A stretch of 64,000 nucleotides of DNA from Trichosphaerium sp. ATCC 40318 (Eukaryota; Protista; Tubulinea), in the NCBI GenBank assembly GCA_038496445.1, contig JALMLS010000173.1, positions 80,822-144,821 on the forward strand, read 5' to 3'. A program made the position numbers and the translations under genes. The notes under the pieces were generated by a model that was not told the origin of the DNA, did no database searches, and saw only the letters and a list, made by a program, of their open reading frames with translations. Shown piece after piece: positions 36,962 to 47,583 of the stretch. Numbering within the stretch: the first letter of the stretch is position 1; each line of letters opens with the position of its first letter.

Positions 36962-37672
36962 ATACATTGAAACAAAGTTTAAAAAAGTAACATTCAGTAC
37001 AAGTCTTGAGTCTACCGTTTACGTTTTTTTATGCCTTTCAATTTAATTTGTGAGAAGTGATAGCAAAAGCCACAATTTCGTGACTCATGTAGAAAATCTC
37101 CCATACAGTTCAAATGTTTGTCGCCATCTCTACATAGTGTATTTTTTCTTCAGATTTGTTCTTTCAAACACGATACATTTCACAATCAAGCAGTCATCCT
37201 ATTAACATTATATGTCTGTATATTCTCACGAATTTCAGGCGTTTTCGGAGCTTTGCTGACCAACCTTATTATATCTAGATTATCAAATAATTATTGGCAA
37301 GCACATATGACTGATGGCAAGCAACGATCATTGGTCTTGAAAACCAACTCAGTACTACCGTTCTTCGTGATATGAGTGTCAAAGCCTGGCATTGCCCTAT
37401 CATGCCATAATGGCTCTTCTACCATAGGACCTTGAGTGTCTGCTTATTCGGGTTCAAAGTTACTGAAACAAACAAGCTTGGCGAGTAAAAAAAAAGGGTG
37501 ATTGAGTCATAGACAGTAATTGAAGTCTCATAAGATAGAGTCTAAATCTATTACGAGTTCAGTAGGTTCCTGTTGAGTGCTACCATTACACCATAAGCAG
37601 GTTGTATCTGTCCAGAATCGAACTGGAATCTTCAATATGCAGAATGGATGTGTTGCCTTTACACCACAGACA

Positions 37673-37765
37673 CGACGCTCACTTGGAATCGAACCAAGTC
37701 CACAATATTGGATATATTATTGAAGAACCTACGCTTTACGTTTGTCAGGTTGACATTTGAGCACC
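37673..37765 (-). ncRNA. tRNA-like element (possible pseudo-tRNA or SINE head)
   Basis: T-arm CTTGG-TTCGATT-CCAAG and an 8-bp acceptor-like pairing GGTGCTCA/TGAGCGTC; the D region is non-canonical. Confidence 0.3.
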
Positions 37766-38153
37766 CTATTTAATAAACAAACCGGTAGACGTTTTAAGTT
37801 GATGAAAACTTGAAAAAAAAAAAATTGTGGAACCAAATACTTCCCAAGAAATTTCTCTAAATTACTTCACTGAAATTGTATACGGTAAATTATAGGGACT
37901 CCACTTCGTAATGCAGCTGTGCTAATGGGATCCAGGATTTCATTCATTGGTAGCAACACGTGTTTTATCGTGTTTCTATCAACTAAACAAACAAAGAAAA
38001 AACAGTTCTGGACCACTTTCATCTTTGCATTCTCCATACGTAAACGAAACATAAGCAACGGCTACAGCAACAAACCAACATACAACAGAGAATGAGATGG
38101 GTGTTTATTAAGAAGGTAAAGCTGTTTGGTAACAAAACAACACGTGTCGTAAA

Positions 38154-39155
38154 TCATGCCCAGGATATTTTGTAAAGGTCAATATGTAAAGGAAGTCCCT
38201 TTGTTTCAGTTCTTGCAATCATATAATTAACTTGTGCTGTTTCAGAACCGTAACTATCTTCGTACACAGGAGTTGGTTCTAGAGCACCGTCAAGGGTTTC
38301 AAAGTTCCCTAGTAATTTCCATGTCAATCCGAAGTCATCTATATCAGCTACAAAATGAGGACGAGTAATTTTGGAATCACCATGTGAACTACAAACGACA
38401 TGAAGATTATTTTCTGGTCCTTTAAAAAACTCACAATTTTCGTATCCAACTGGAAACTCTGAACCCGCAGGGAATATTGGATTATTATCGTATTCCTTAT
38501 AAGGAGGTAGTAAAGAGTCCTTGTTATTACTATCCGGGAAATAAGCGCCTTCTTGAGCGTAGTTATTACCTGAAACGCCTTTTGTAAAGTAAATTCTTTT
38601 TCCTTTAATTTTCATAATTCTACCACTGTCACATCTTCTCGCATTCCATGTCTGATTCCAAGATGGTGCTTTTCCTGTTGGATAAGCAACAAGACCATGA
38701 CGAGTCCAAGGTCCGTGCATTGTTGGTGAGGATGCTACAAGTTGTGCTGACTCTTTTGTTGATGAATAGTTCTTTCCAGTTCCCGTATAAAAAACCCAAA
38801 ACTTTCCGTTATCGTAGATGAGAGATGGCGAAAGCGTTCCGCCATAGTCAAACGCGTTTTGGTCTGTAGTGCGGTTGAATAATAACCCGTGACTTGTCCA
38901 CTCTCCAGTAACGTTTTTAGTGGAATAGTAATGTAAGAAAGCAAACCAGCCACCATGCTCTCCTGGACCTGGGATATAATCTGTGACGAACCAATACGTT
39001 CCATTTACGAGTATAACACTGCTTGGATCGCGTAGATGTCCTGTTTGGTCGACAGCAATCGTTTTAACTCTTGTAAGTGATGGCGTAAGAAAGCATAGAT
39101 AGCAAGGTATTAACACAAAGAGAATAACACGTGTTAAAGGTAAGAAATGGTGCAT
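38154..39155 (-). CDS. secreted five-bladed beta-propeller glycoside hydrolase (GH117/GH43-like), copy 1, intronless
   Basis: Signal peptide; RDPSSVI..GTYW, FDYGGTLSPSLIYDNGKFWVFYTG, SPTMHGPW and GYEN motifs. Confidence 0.8.
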   Translation of the reverse strand: MHHFLPLTRVILFVLIPCYLCFLTPSLTRVKTIAVDQTGHLRDPSSVILVNGTYWFVTDYIPGPGEHGGWFAFLHYYSTKNVTGEWTSHGLLFNRTTDQNAFDYGGTLSPSLIYDNGKFWVFYTGTGKNYSSTKESAQLVASSPTMHGPWTRHGLVAYPTGKAPSWNQTWNARRCDSGRIMKIKGKRIYFTKGVSGNNYAQEGAYFPDSNNKDSLLPPYKEYDNNPIFPAGSEFPVGYENCEFFKGPENNLHVVCSSHGDSKITRPHFVADIDDFGLTWKLLGNFETLDGALEPTPVYEDSYGSETAQVNYMIARTETKGLPLHIDLYKISWA

Positions 39156-40287
39156 AGTACCGAACGTCGAAAGGTACAATGACTATTCATTAAGGGCTAG
39201 TGCCATCCTTAAATATGTCGCGACATATTGCGTATGTACTAAACGATAGACTAATTACACGTCATTTCGGAAAACGGAGGAAGAATGATAAGTGAAAGTT
39301 CAAACGAAAAGTACCAAAAAAACCAAGTAATAACATTCGCAAATGATCACGTGATTTTCCGGCAGAGACAAAGTATCGAGACTTTTGGAGGTGAAAAGAA
39401 AGGAAGACGTTTGAATATTGTGGACCAGAGATCCAACGATATATTGACAACTACAACAACAACTCTCAGATAGCAAGCAGAAATCCCCTCCCACCCTTAA
39501 TAATTTGTGGAAATTTTTCTCAAAACAATTTTTTTTTTGCATCTCGGATCGTGTTACTATTGTTAATAAACCACACGCTCGCTCTGCGCCTGAGCTATCT
39601 GTCAGGGACAGATGTGTTCCTTACCTCCCAAAGAACGTCGTAGTTGTAGATAGGATCTCCGAAGAACTGATCTAAACGCCAGCTTTTATACCTTGTCCTA
39701 ACCAGGTATTTGTTTTGGCTCAACTTGTTTGTGATCTTTCAACATAAACAATACTTAGTAATCGCAATGTGGATACTGTTGGAGAGCTTTGGACAGTTGA
39801 TTTTTCGTCTTGATTCTGTGACTTTGCACTGTGTTATATACTTACGTTTGTTTATCTAAAAAGCATTTTGTGCTGATTGGTGTTGTATGTACTTAATTCC
39901 TTATAAATTAGTCAACAGTCTATACGATTCACAGGTATCAATAAATTTGTAAAGTCTATTGTAGTACCTGTACAATCAACTTATCTGCAGTAATGGACGT
40001 ACATTAAAGGTTGTAGCACATTTTTAAACACTACACATACGACATTAAATAAAGGTAATGTAGAATTAAACAAGTAGGTATTTGACAACATATTCAATCT
40101 TGAAAATCACGTGATATTGGTTTTTTGAATAACTTTTCGTATGAACTTTCATTTACTGTATCCTTCGTCGGTTACCTAAATTACACACAACAAGGCTACT
40201 ATGTTTACAACACACGATATGTCGACATATTTAAGTCTGGCACTAGCCCTTAATGAATAGTCATTATATATTTCGACATTCAGCGTG

Positions 40288-41292
40288 ATGTACCATTTCT
40301 TACCTATAACACGTCTTATTCTCTTTGTGTTAATACCCTGCTATCTATGCTTTCTTACGCCATCACTTACAAGAGTTAAAACGATAGCTGCGGACAAAAC
40401 AGGACATTTACGCGATCCAAGCAGCGTTATACTCGTAGATGGAACGTATTGGTTTGTATCGGATTATATCCCGTTATCTCAAGGAACACCAGGTGGCTGG
40501 CACGCTTTCTTACATTACTACTCCGCAAAAAACATTACAGGAGAATGGACTGATCATGGCTTGTTATTTAACCGCACTACAGACGAAAACGCGTTTGACT
40601 ACGCTGGAACGTTTTCGTCATCTCTCATCTACGATAACGGAAAGTTTTGGGTTTTTTACACGGGAACTGGAAAGAACTATTCATCAACTGAAGAGTCAGC
40701 ACAACTTGTAGCATCATCACCAACAATGCACGGACCTTGGACTCGTCATGGTCTTGTTGCTTATCCAACAGGAAAAGCACCATCTTGGAATCAGACATGG
40801 AATGCGAGAAGACTTGATAGTGGTAGAATTATGAAAATTAAAGGAAAAAGAATTTACTTTACAAAAGGCGTTTCAGGTCACAACGATGCTCAAGAAGGCG
40901 CTTATTTTCCAGACAGTAGTGTCACAGACTCTTTACTACCTCCTTATAAGGAATACGATAATAATCCAATATTCCCTGGAGGTTCACAGTTTCCAGTTGG
41001 ATACGAAAATTGTGAGTTTTTGAAAGGACCAGAAAACAATCTTCATGTTGTTTGTAATTCACATGGTGATTCCAAAATACCTCGTCCTCATTTTATAGCT
41101 GACATAGATGACTTCGGATTGACATGGAAATTACTTGGGAACTTTGAAACCCTTGATGGTGCTCTAGAACCAACTCCTGCTTACGAAGCTAGTTACGGTT
41201 CCGAAACAGCACAAGTTAATTATATGATTGCAAGAACTGAAACAAAGGGACTTCCTTTACATATTGATCTTTATAAAATAGCCTGGGTATGA
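40288..41292 (+). CDS. secreted five-bladed beta-propeller glycoside hydrolase (GH117/GH43-like), copy 2, intronless
   Basis: Near-identical paralog of 38154-39155 in the opposite orientation. Confidence 0.8.
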   Translation: MYHFLPITRLILFVLIPCYLCFLTPSLTRVKTIAADKTGHLRDPSSVILVDGTYWFVSDYIPLSQGTPGGWHAFLHYYSAKNITGEWTDHGLLFNRTTDENAFDYAGTFSSSLIYDNGKFWVFYTGTGKNYSSTEESAQLVASSPTMHGPWTRHGLVAYPTGKAPSWNQTWNARRLDSGRIMKIKGKRIYFTKGVSGHNDAQEGAYFPDSSVTDSLLPPYKEYDNNPIFPGGSQFPVGYENCEFLKGPENNLHVVCNSHGDSKIPRPHFIADIDDFGLTWKLLGNFETLDGALEPTPAYEASYGSETAQVNYMIARTETKGLPLHIDLYKIAWV

Positions 41293-42769
41293 TACCCAAT
41301 ATAAGGCTTAGTGTATTGCAACTACATAGCTTTCGGTTATTAATAAACAACCATTTCTCTAACAGGTTTTCTTGTATAAATCACGTGAACTTACTACGTT
41401 ATCTGTAACCTAATATTAGAATGGTTGTACTAGAGCTTTTGAGAAAACAGCCCAACAGTTCTTGTATTCTTGAGTTACAAGAAATATACCTAATGTTTAT
41501 GGAAACTCTCTTGTGTACTGTTTGAGTTTTGTAGCTGACTTTTAACAATGGAAGCTGTACCGTTTTGGAATTTCAGGTATAGTGTTACATCTCGGACTCA
41601 AGGCCGATATGTTGCCTTTACAGTAATCCTCACACTCGTATTGCCAATAGTTCAAATTTTTTTAATGGCTAAAGTTCTGCAGAACACGTGATTAGTTTTT
41701 TTTTCAATATATACTGATTTCAAACAGATTTGTCATGTGATAAAAAATAGGAGTACTTACGTTTATCGTTTCTACTAACAAATTGATAAGTAGTATCCAA
41801 TTCCGAAGCCAATATTTTCGTATTTCACAAGACGCTCGAAGAAGCAGCACCTTTCACTGATGCACGTTTCGATGAGATTAAAAGTGTACTTAAAAGCATG
41901 CATAGCCCTAGGAGAAGCCCACACTGTCCTCCTATCAAATCCCAGACACTCAATATCAATCTCGTTCAACATGATAGGCTCCATGTTTGCAGTGACACTA
42001 GGTATGAGAAAGAAAAAGAGTAAGCGAGCTTTGCTCGTACGCTAACGAAAGGTGAATAGGTATTCGAGGATAAGCAAATGTGAAGTTAACTATAGAAGCT
42101 GGATACTACAGCATCGTAGTAAGTGAAATAGTCGTAGATGTACTTGACCTAAGAAAGATAAGATCAGAGTTTTTCAGCATTGGACTTACTTTTTTATAGC
42201 GTACTTCCTTTCACTATGTATCAGATTCTTATCTTGACTCATGCTACACTGTAGATACCGTGGTTCAAAATATTCAATGTTGTTCTGTTCTTTACTTCTT
42301 TGTGCATATTGAAACGTAAAGAGTTCTTTATTGTACTACGAAAAGCAGTTGTTAGAGTATAAAGTTTGTACTTTACAAAAGTACCTCTTAGAAGAACTTC
42401 AAGTAACCTTTTCGCAACCACACAAACATTGATGGGTTGTATTTGTACGAAAACGCCAACCATTACACAGTGTTGTAGATTGAATGAGTGGTTGGCTAGT
42501 TACAAGCACTTACTTGTACCTTGTGCCCACAAACGTTTGAACAAAGCCAAGCACTTATAATGCAACATTGATAAACAGTAAGAAATAATAAAAACGAGAA
42601 ACATTGGAAGCGAGAATATCCACTGAGATCCTACTAGACTACTTTTCCGTGGTCTGTTATATGGGAACAGTGTGCTGAAACAATTTTAGCTGTATTTGAG
42701 TAGTATGGTTTGTGGGCAATGACTGTCTTGCGGCAACAGTCTTGGGAGAAGGGATTTGAGAAGTGATTT

Positions 42770-42975
42770 CAGTTGGCTTGCGGTTTTGAGCACTGGAAAA
42801 ATGCTAGTACTCTTCATAGTGTGTACAAACGGGCAGATGCTGAGATGAGATACAAACAACTAAGAGTTCAGTTGGCTTCTCGGTTTTTGAGAACTGGAAA
42901 AACGCTAGTACTCTTCCCATTGTACAAAATGCAAACCCTAGTCAGTGAGAATAGATACAAACAAGTACGCGCAGT
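42770..42975. repeat. imperfect tandem repeat (~100-bp unit, 2 copies)
   Basis: CAGTTGGCTT..CGGTTTT.GAG.ACTGGAAAAA.GCTAGTACTCTTC...TGTACAAA...AGATACAAACAA occurs twice. Confidence 0.8.
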
Positions 42976-43654
42976 TGCGAGATCACAATGCACAGCTTCG
43001 CCAACAATTCAAAAAAGAGCCGAGCAAAGAAATTCCAATATTTCAGATTAAACTCGATGTTACTTCTCAATTTCGCGTGGTAACTAATGGCAGATATGAG
43101 GAGAACCTATATCTTAGTATTGAACGCTTTCGATAGCGAACGGGTCTGTTTTTCGGATATTCCCCAAGTTTTAGTACAAATACCTTTGTTGGCCATCTTG
43201 GTTCTACTGGTACCAATTTCACGTGTCATCTCGTTCGGGTAAATCACATTCCTAGCTTGCTCAGCGCCAAACCATACAAAAAGTACCCTACAAACTTGAA
43301 TAACGAATAAACAAGGAACACGTTTGTTCAAAGTAAAACAATATCAAAAAAAAAATTACCCAATTGTAGTTTTTATGTTTAAGATGTCACACCACTACAT
43401 CCAAACGAAAAGCTGTTTGTTTCTTTGTCAAGACTTATTATACGAAACTCCCTTTCCAAACCAAATAATATTCAGCGTACTATACGCTTAAATTGATTAT
43501 TCTATACCCAAAACTCTTCGGAACTACCATTGCACAAATTAACACGACTTCAACTCACGTTAAGGTTTGTTCACATCCCACGCCATAAACTCGAAACCTG
43601 AACGCAAACAACAACAACAACAACGACTGAAATTCTCCTATTAGTACCAATAAT

Positions 43655-46600
43655 ATGACAAGTACGTTCTCACAACTGTAAATAGCTTATACAACAGCAA
43701 AGCTAAAAGTGTTTTTAGTTGTATTTTTATCTATTTTTCCTTTCTCTTCTGAGCGCTTTATCATCCTTACATTGTTTTAGATTCTCTGCTAGCGGTACTA
43801 TACCGCGGTATTTCGCTACTACTAGTACTTGTAATAGCAAAGGGTTTTTGCGGCTCGAACTCAAACCCTGACACTATATTCACCTGTGATGCAACTTCTA
43901 CTGGCTGGGGATGTGACCCTAGGATGTGGGCTATTGTGAGGGGCCGCAAGAACAGATTAATCTGTAACGAGTCCCCTCGGCCACGCATGCATTGGGCGTC
44001 TAAGGTGAAGGCAAGTTCACAGTATCAGGTATTCGCTGGTGAAGAGGACTCTCCACAAACAACATACGTACCTGGTAGTATTGTAGACATCACAGTGCTG
44101 GTAAAGAACTACTATAGAAAGTACAGAGGAATCCTAATGTACGCTAACCAAAGCAATCAACAAATCAATTCTTGATTTTTTCTTCTTTTTTCTCTTCCAG
44201 TCGCCCTCAAGCATCTTTCTTATGTTTTGTTCAGGTACGCTGTAGATTCTGATGGAAATCATGTTGGTGAATGGAAATTACCAAATGATGAACCACGTGC
44301 GCTAAATTTGTCAGATCTTTTTTTGTGGAAGTTGTTTCTTACTTTTTTCGGTTTTTTAGCTTTATTCCTTATACCTTGGGAGAAGTCACATGCTTGTGGG
44401 GGCAGCGTTATGCATGCAAACGCTATACCGAAACCATTAATGACAACATTAACATTCATTGCGCCTCCAACTGGAACAGGTAAAATCACTTTTCATGCTC
44501 TCATCAAGAGTGGTCCAGCTAACAGTGGCGATTTCTGGTGGCCAAACGGAGGTAACCCATTATCGCTCACAGAGTCTTCAAACTCTCTTTCAACCAACAG
44601 TGGATGGTTCCAAACAGAGGTACATTGAATCGACTGAAAACGACTTAAAAACAAAAAGTGTTTGGATTTAGCGTCTTATTTGTTTCTTAGCTTGGAGAAT
44701 CATGCACTGAGAGGTGCTCTAAAGAGGGACTCCCTTGCAACGCTGCATCTATTCAAGGCATAAACAGTATTTCGGAAATCAATAGACTCTTAAAGCCTTC
44801 GGGTTTTATTTGCAGAAAACCATTTTTGAGCGGTTGCAGTTCTATGGGAACAACACAAACGGTGGACGGCATGTGTTATTACGATGATATGTCATGTGAA
44901 GATGGTCGCTCAACAGATGTTGCTACATGTGAAGCTAAAAGCACAAATGAAGAAGATGGGTACGTACTTTAAAATGAATCGCCACTGTTGGTCAACTTTT
45001 ATTTGCTGTTATTACTTTCTCCTAACACATCTGTTTTAATAGATTGCGCTTCTGTAAATGTGGTAGTACAACCAATCCACGTGATGCACACAATGGAGGT
45101 TCATCAAGGAGTGCTTCGTTCATATTGTTGGCTTTATGCAGTTTGGGCCTAGCTTTCTTCAACAGTAAGAGCCACGCTACAACGTCCATGATTCTTGGCC
45201 TGCTTCTTATCTCTTTATTGCTATTACCGTCTGCAAGCGCTCACAACTGGCTCAAAAGTCCAGCGAGAGCAGGTCACGCAAGCACAGAAGGTCCTTGTCC
45301 TCCAAAAGTATCAAACGGCCCACATGCTCAAATCGGCCCTGACCAAACGGTCCAAATCGAATGGTCTTCAGGTCACTTTTCTCCTGGTTACTTTGTCATC
45401 GTACATTCTAAAGACGAAGATAAATTGAAGTACCACAACAAGAGACTGTTCCAAAAGTACTTTGACGAAGCACCTGATGGAGCTATCTCTACTGTCAAGA
45501 TATATCACAGAACATCAGATAGTGGCGTTGGTGGTTTATATGGAGATATCATTCCGCCAACCTCTAAAGACTACCTTGTCAGACCAGGAGTTTTCGCAGG
45601 AAGTACCGGATGGGGACCTAAACCTACTAAGAAGTTGGTCAACTACAGAGAAGGTATACATAAAGATAACTGGGCTGAGTATAGGAACGAAAAGTATCCA
45701 TGGATTGAAGCTATATTAAGGGCGAACCACCCAACTCACAGACCATCACAAGCTGATGTCGCAGCAATTAAAATACCTGGGCGTGCTGGATTTGGAAGAT
45801 ACATAGTACGTCACTCTCCAACAAGAACTCTACTTTTTTCTAAAATTTCTCCTTAAAAACATCACATGCACTTTTTTATCAAACTGTAGTTTTTCTTTTA
45901 ATGAAATATAGGCACATTGGGTATGGAAAGGATACCGTGATTGCACAGATATAGATTACGTAGAAAATCAAGTAACTGATATTTATGGCGTAGCTCCACC
46001 TCCTGGAGCAAGATACACGTACGTGCTCCAAAAAAACAATAGCTATTCATTAGTACATGATTATATTTTGCTAACTGTTTTGTTTGAAGGCGTATCGATC
46101 ATTGCTACTTCCCTACTCCTAAATCAACACGAGGTAAGTGTTTATGTCTCGGAGGTCCAGAGGCTTTCTCTTTTTTTTCTTCTTTTTCTTTTTTTTTGGT
46201 TTAAGTGTTCGCTTCGTTGACACTTTACTAGGTTGTACAAGAGTATTCAGCAATCTAAAATACTGTCTCAAATTCTGTGAAGGCAAAAAGATATGCCAAG
46301 GTGTATACACAGCTCCTCTAGCGGTTCCAGGCAATAGGTGGTATTCTCAAGCTAACCTCATACCTCAAAAGTGTTTAGATACTGTAAACATGACGAAACT
46401 CAACCAAGAAGAAGATCCAAGCAAGGCATTCATGTGTATGGCCGTATACGCTAGAAGTGGAAGCGATACCAGAGGACAATATGAGACAGTACTTCCAGGT
46501 GACCCTGCTTACAGTTCAAGTTGTTATGTGAAAAACAAGGGTAATATATTCCCAAGCTCTCCTGAACCGAAAACGAAGAATATTCCATGGCGACACGGAG

Positions 46601-47091
46601 ATAAATGTATAGATTGTTACACAGCGAAAAAAAACAGGGATATTACTGTAACAACATTCCCAAGATTCCTACTTCAAGATAAATGTATCAACTGCGATCT
46701 TGAGCCATCAACGGAACCTTTACCAAAGAGAATCAGACTTGTTAACGGAACATCGTACAGAGCTTGTAAAGGATTACTAAATGATTGGTCAGGTTCAGGA
46801 TCTATCACTTGTAAGGGTACAAGAGAGCAAAAGAGTGCTCTTTGCTTCAAGCAGCTCCTTGTGAACGGACGAGACTTCAAACACCAGTGGTTTAATGACG
46901 AATGTGCAGCTGCTATTGTTGCTGATCCCGAATGTGATAACAGGTATCTGAACGCATACAGAGGAAGGCAAGCTTACCGAGGAGAGAATACTGGAAGTTG
47001 TTATTGTATGAGAAAATTAGATTGCTGCGCTTGTTCTCCAATCCAAAAGGCAAAGAGCGCTTGGAAATATTGGGAGATAGAACTTGTCTAA
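43655..47091 (+). CDS. Reeler domain + Cys-rich domain + internal signal peptide + LPMO-like His-brace domain + Cys-rich C-terminus, multi-exon
   Basis: Signal peptide; Reeler (TYVPG...YRGILMYA...VGEW...HAN..PK...FIAPPTGTGKITFHA); LLLPSASA/HNWLKSPAR; WSSGH; GRYIAHWVWKGYRDCTDI. Confidence 0.75.
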
Positions 47092-47443
47092 TGATTCACA
47101 TCACCAATTACAATCAAATCAAGTAACAACTCAATCAACGAGTTAGCAATAAAAAATAGTTTCAAACACTATAGTCAGTTTTAGTTGAATGTAGTGAGGC
47201 TCCTAGTACTTTCAAAAGTGCCAATTGAAATCCATAGTACTATTTGCAATCTGCTTGATCTTATTACTGACAATGGCTAATTTACATCTAACTTAAAGCA
47301 AGTATATGAAGTCTGTTAAAAGTAGCGGATACTGCTCATATTAGTTCGCACTAATTTCGAAATTGATTAGGACTACAAGCGCAACAAAACGCGAATTTTC
47401 TTTATCGAAATTGTGAAAACCAATCACAAACTCGTTGTGGTAA

Positions 47444-47541
47444 TGTAATAAAGAGAGACGGCAATTAGGTTAGCCTGTGAATCTTCTATGTATTAAGGTA
47501 CAGGAATAGTTAAGTACAGTATGCGGTATATTGTCATTACA
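47444..47541 (-). repeat. 3' LTR of element B
   Basis: TGTAAT...ATTACA, identical to 52746-52843. Confidence 0.95.
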
Positions 47542-47552
47542 GTTCTCCCCCC
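47542..47552 (-). promoter_or_regulatory. polypurine tract of element B
   Basis: GGGGGGAGAAC on the minus strand abutting the 3' LTR. Confidence 0.88.
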
Positions 47553-47583
47553 GTTTTTAGAGCGTTGTCACTCCTGTGCAACG

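Larger units (their letters stand above)
38100..41350. repeat. inverted (head-to-head) duplication; arms ~38100-39360 and ~40100-41350
   Basis: The CDSs and ~190 bp of upstream DNA mirror each other (GGCACTAGCCCTTAATGAATAGTCAT and GAAAATCACGTGAT on both arms). Confidence 0.9.
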
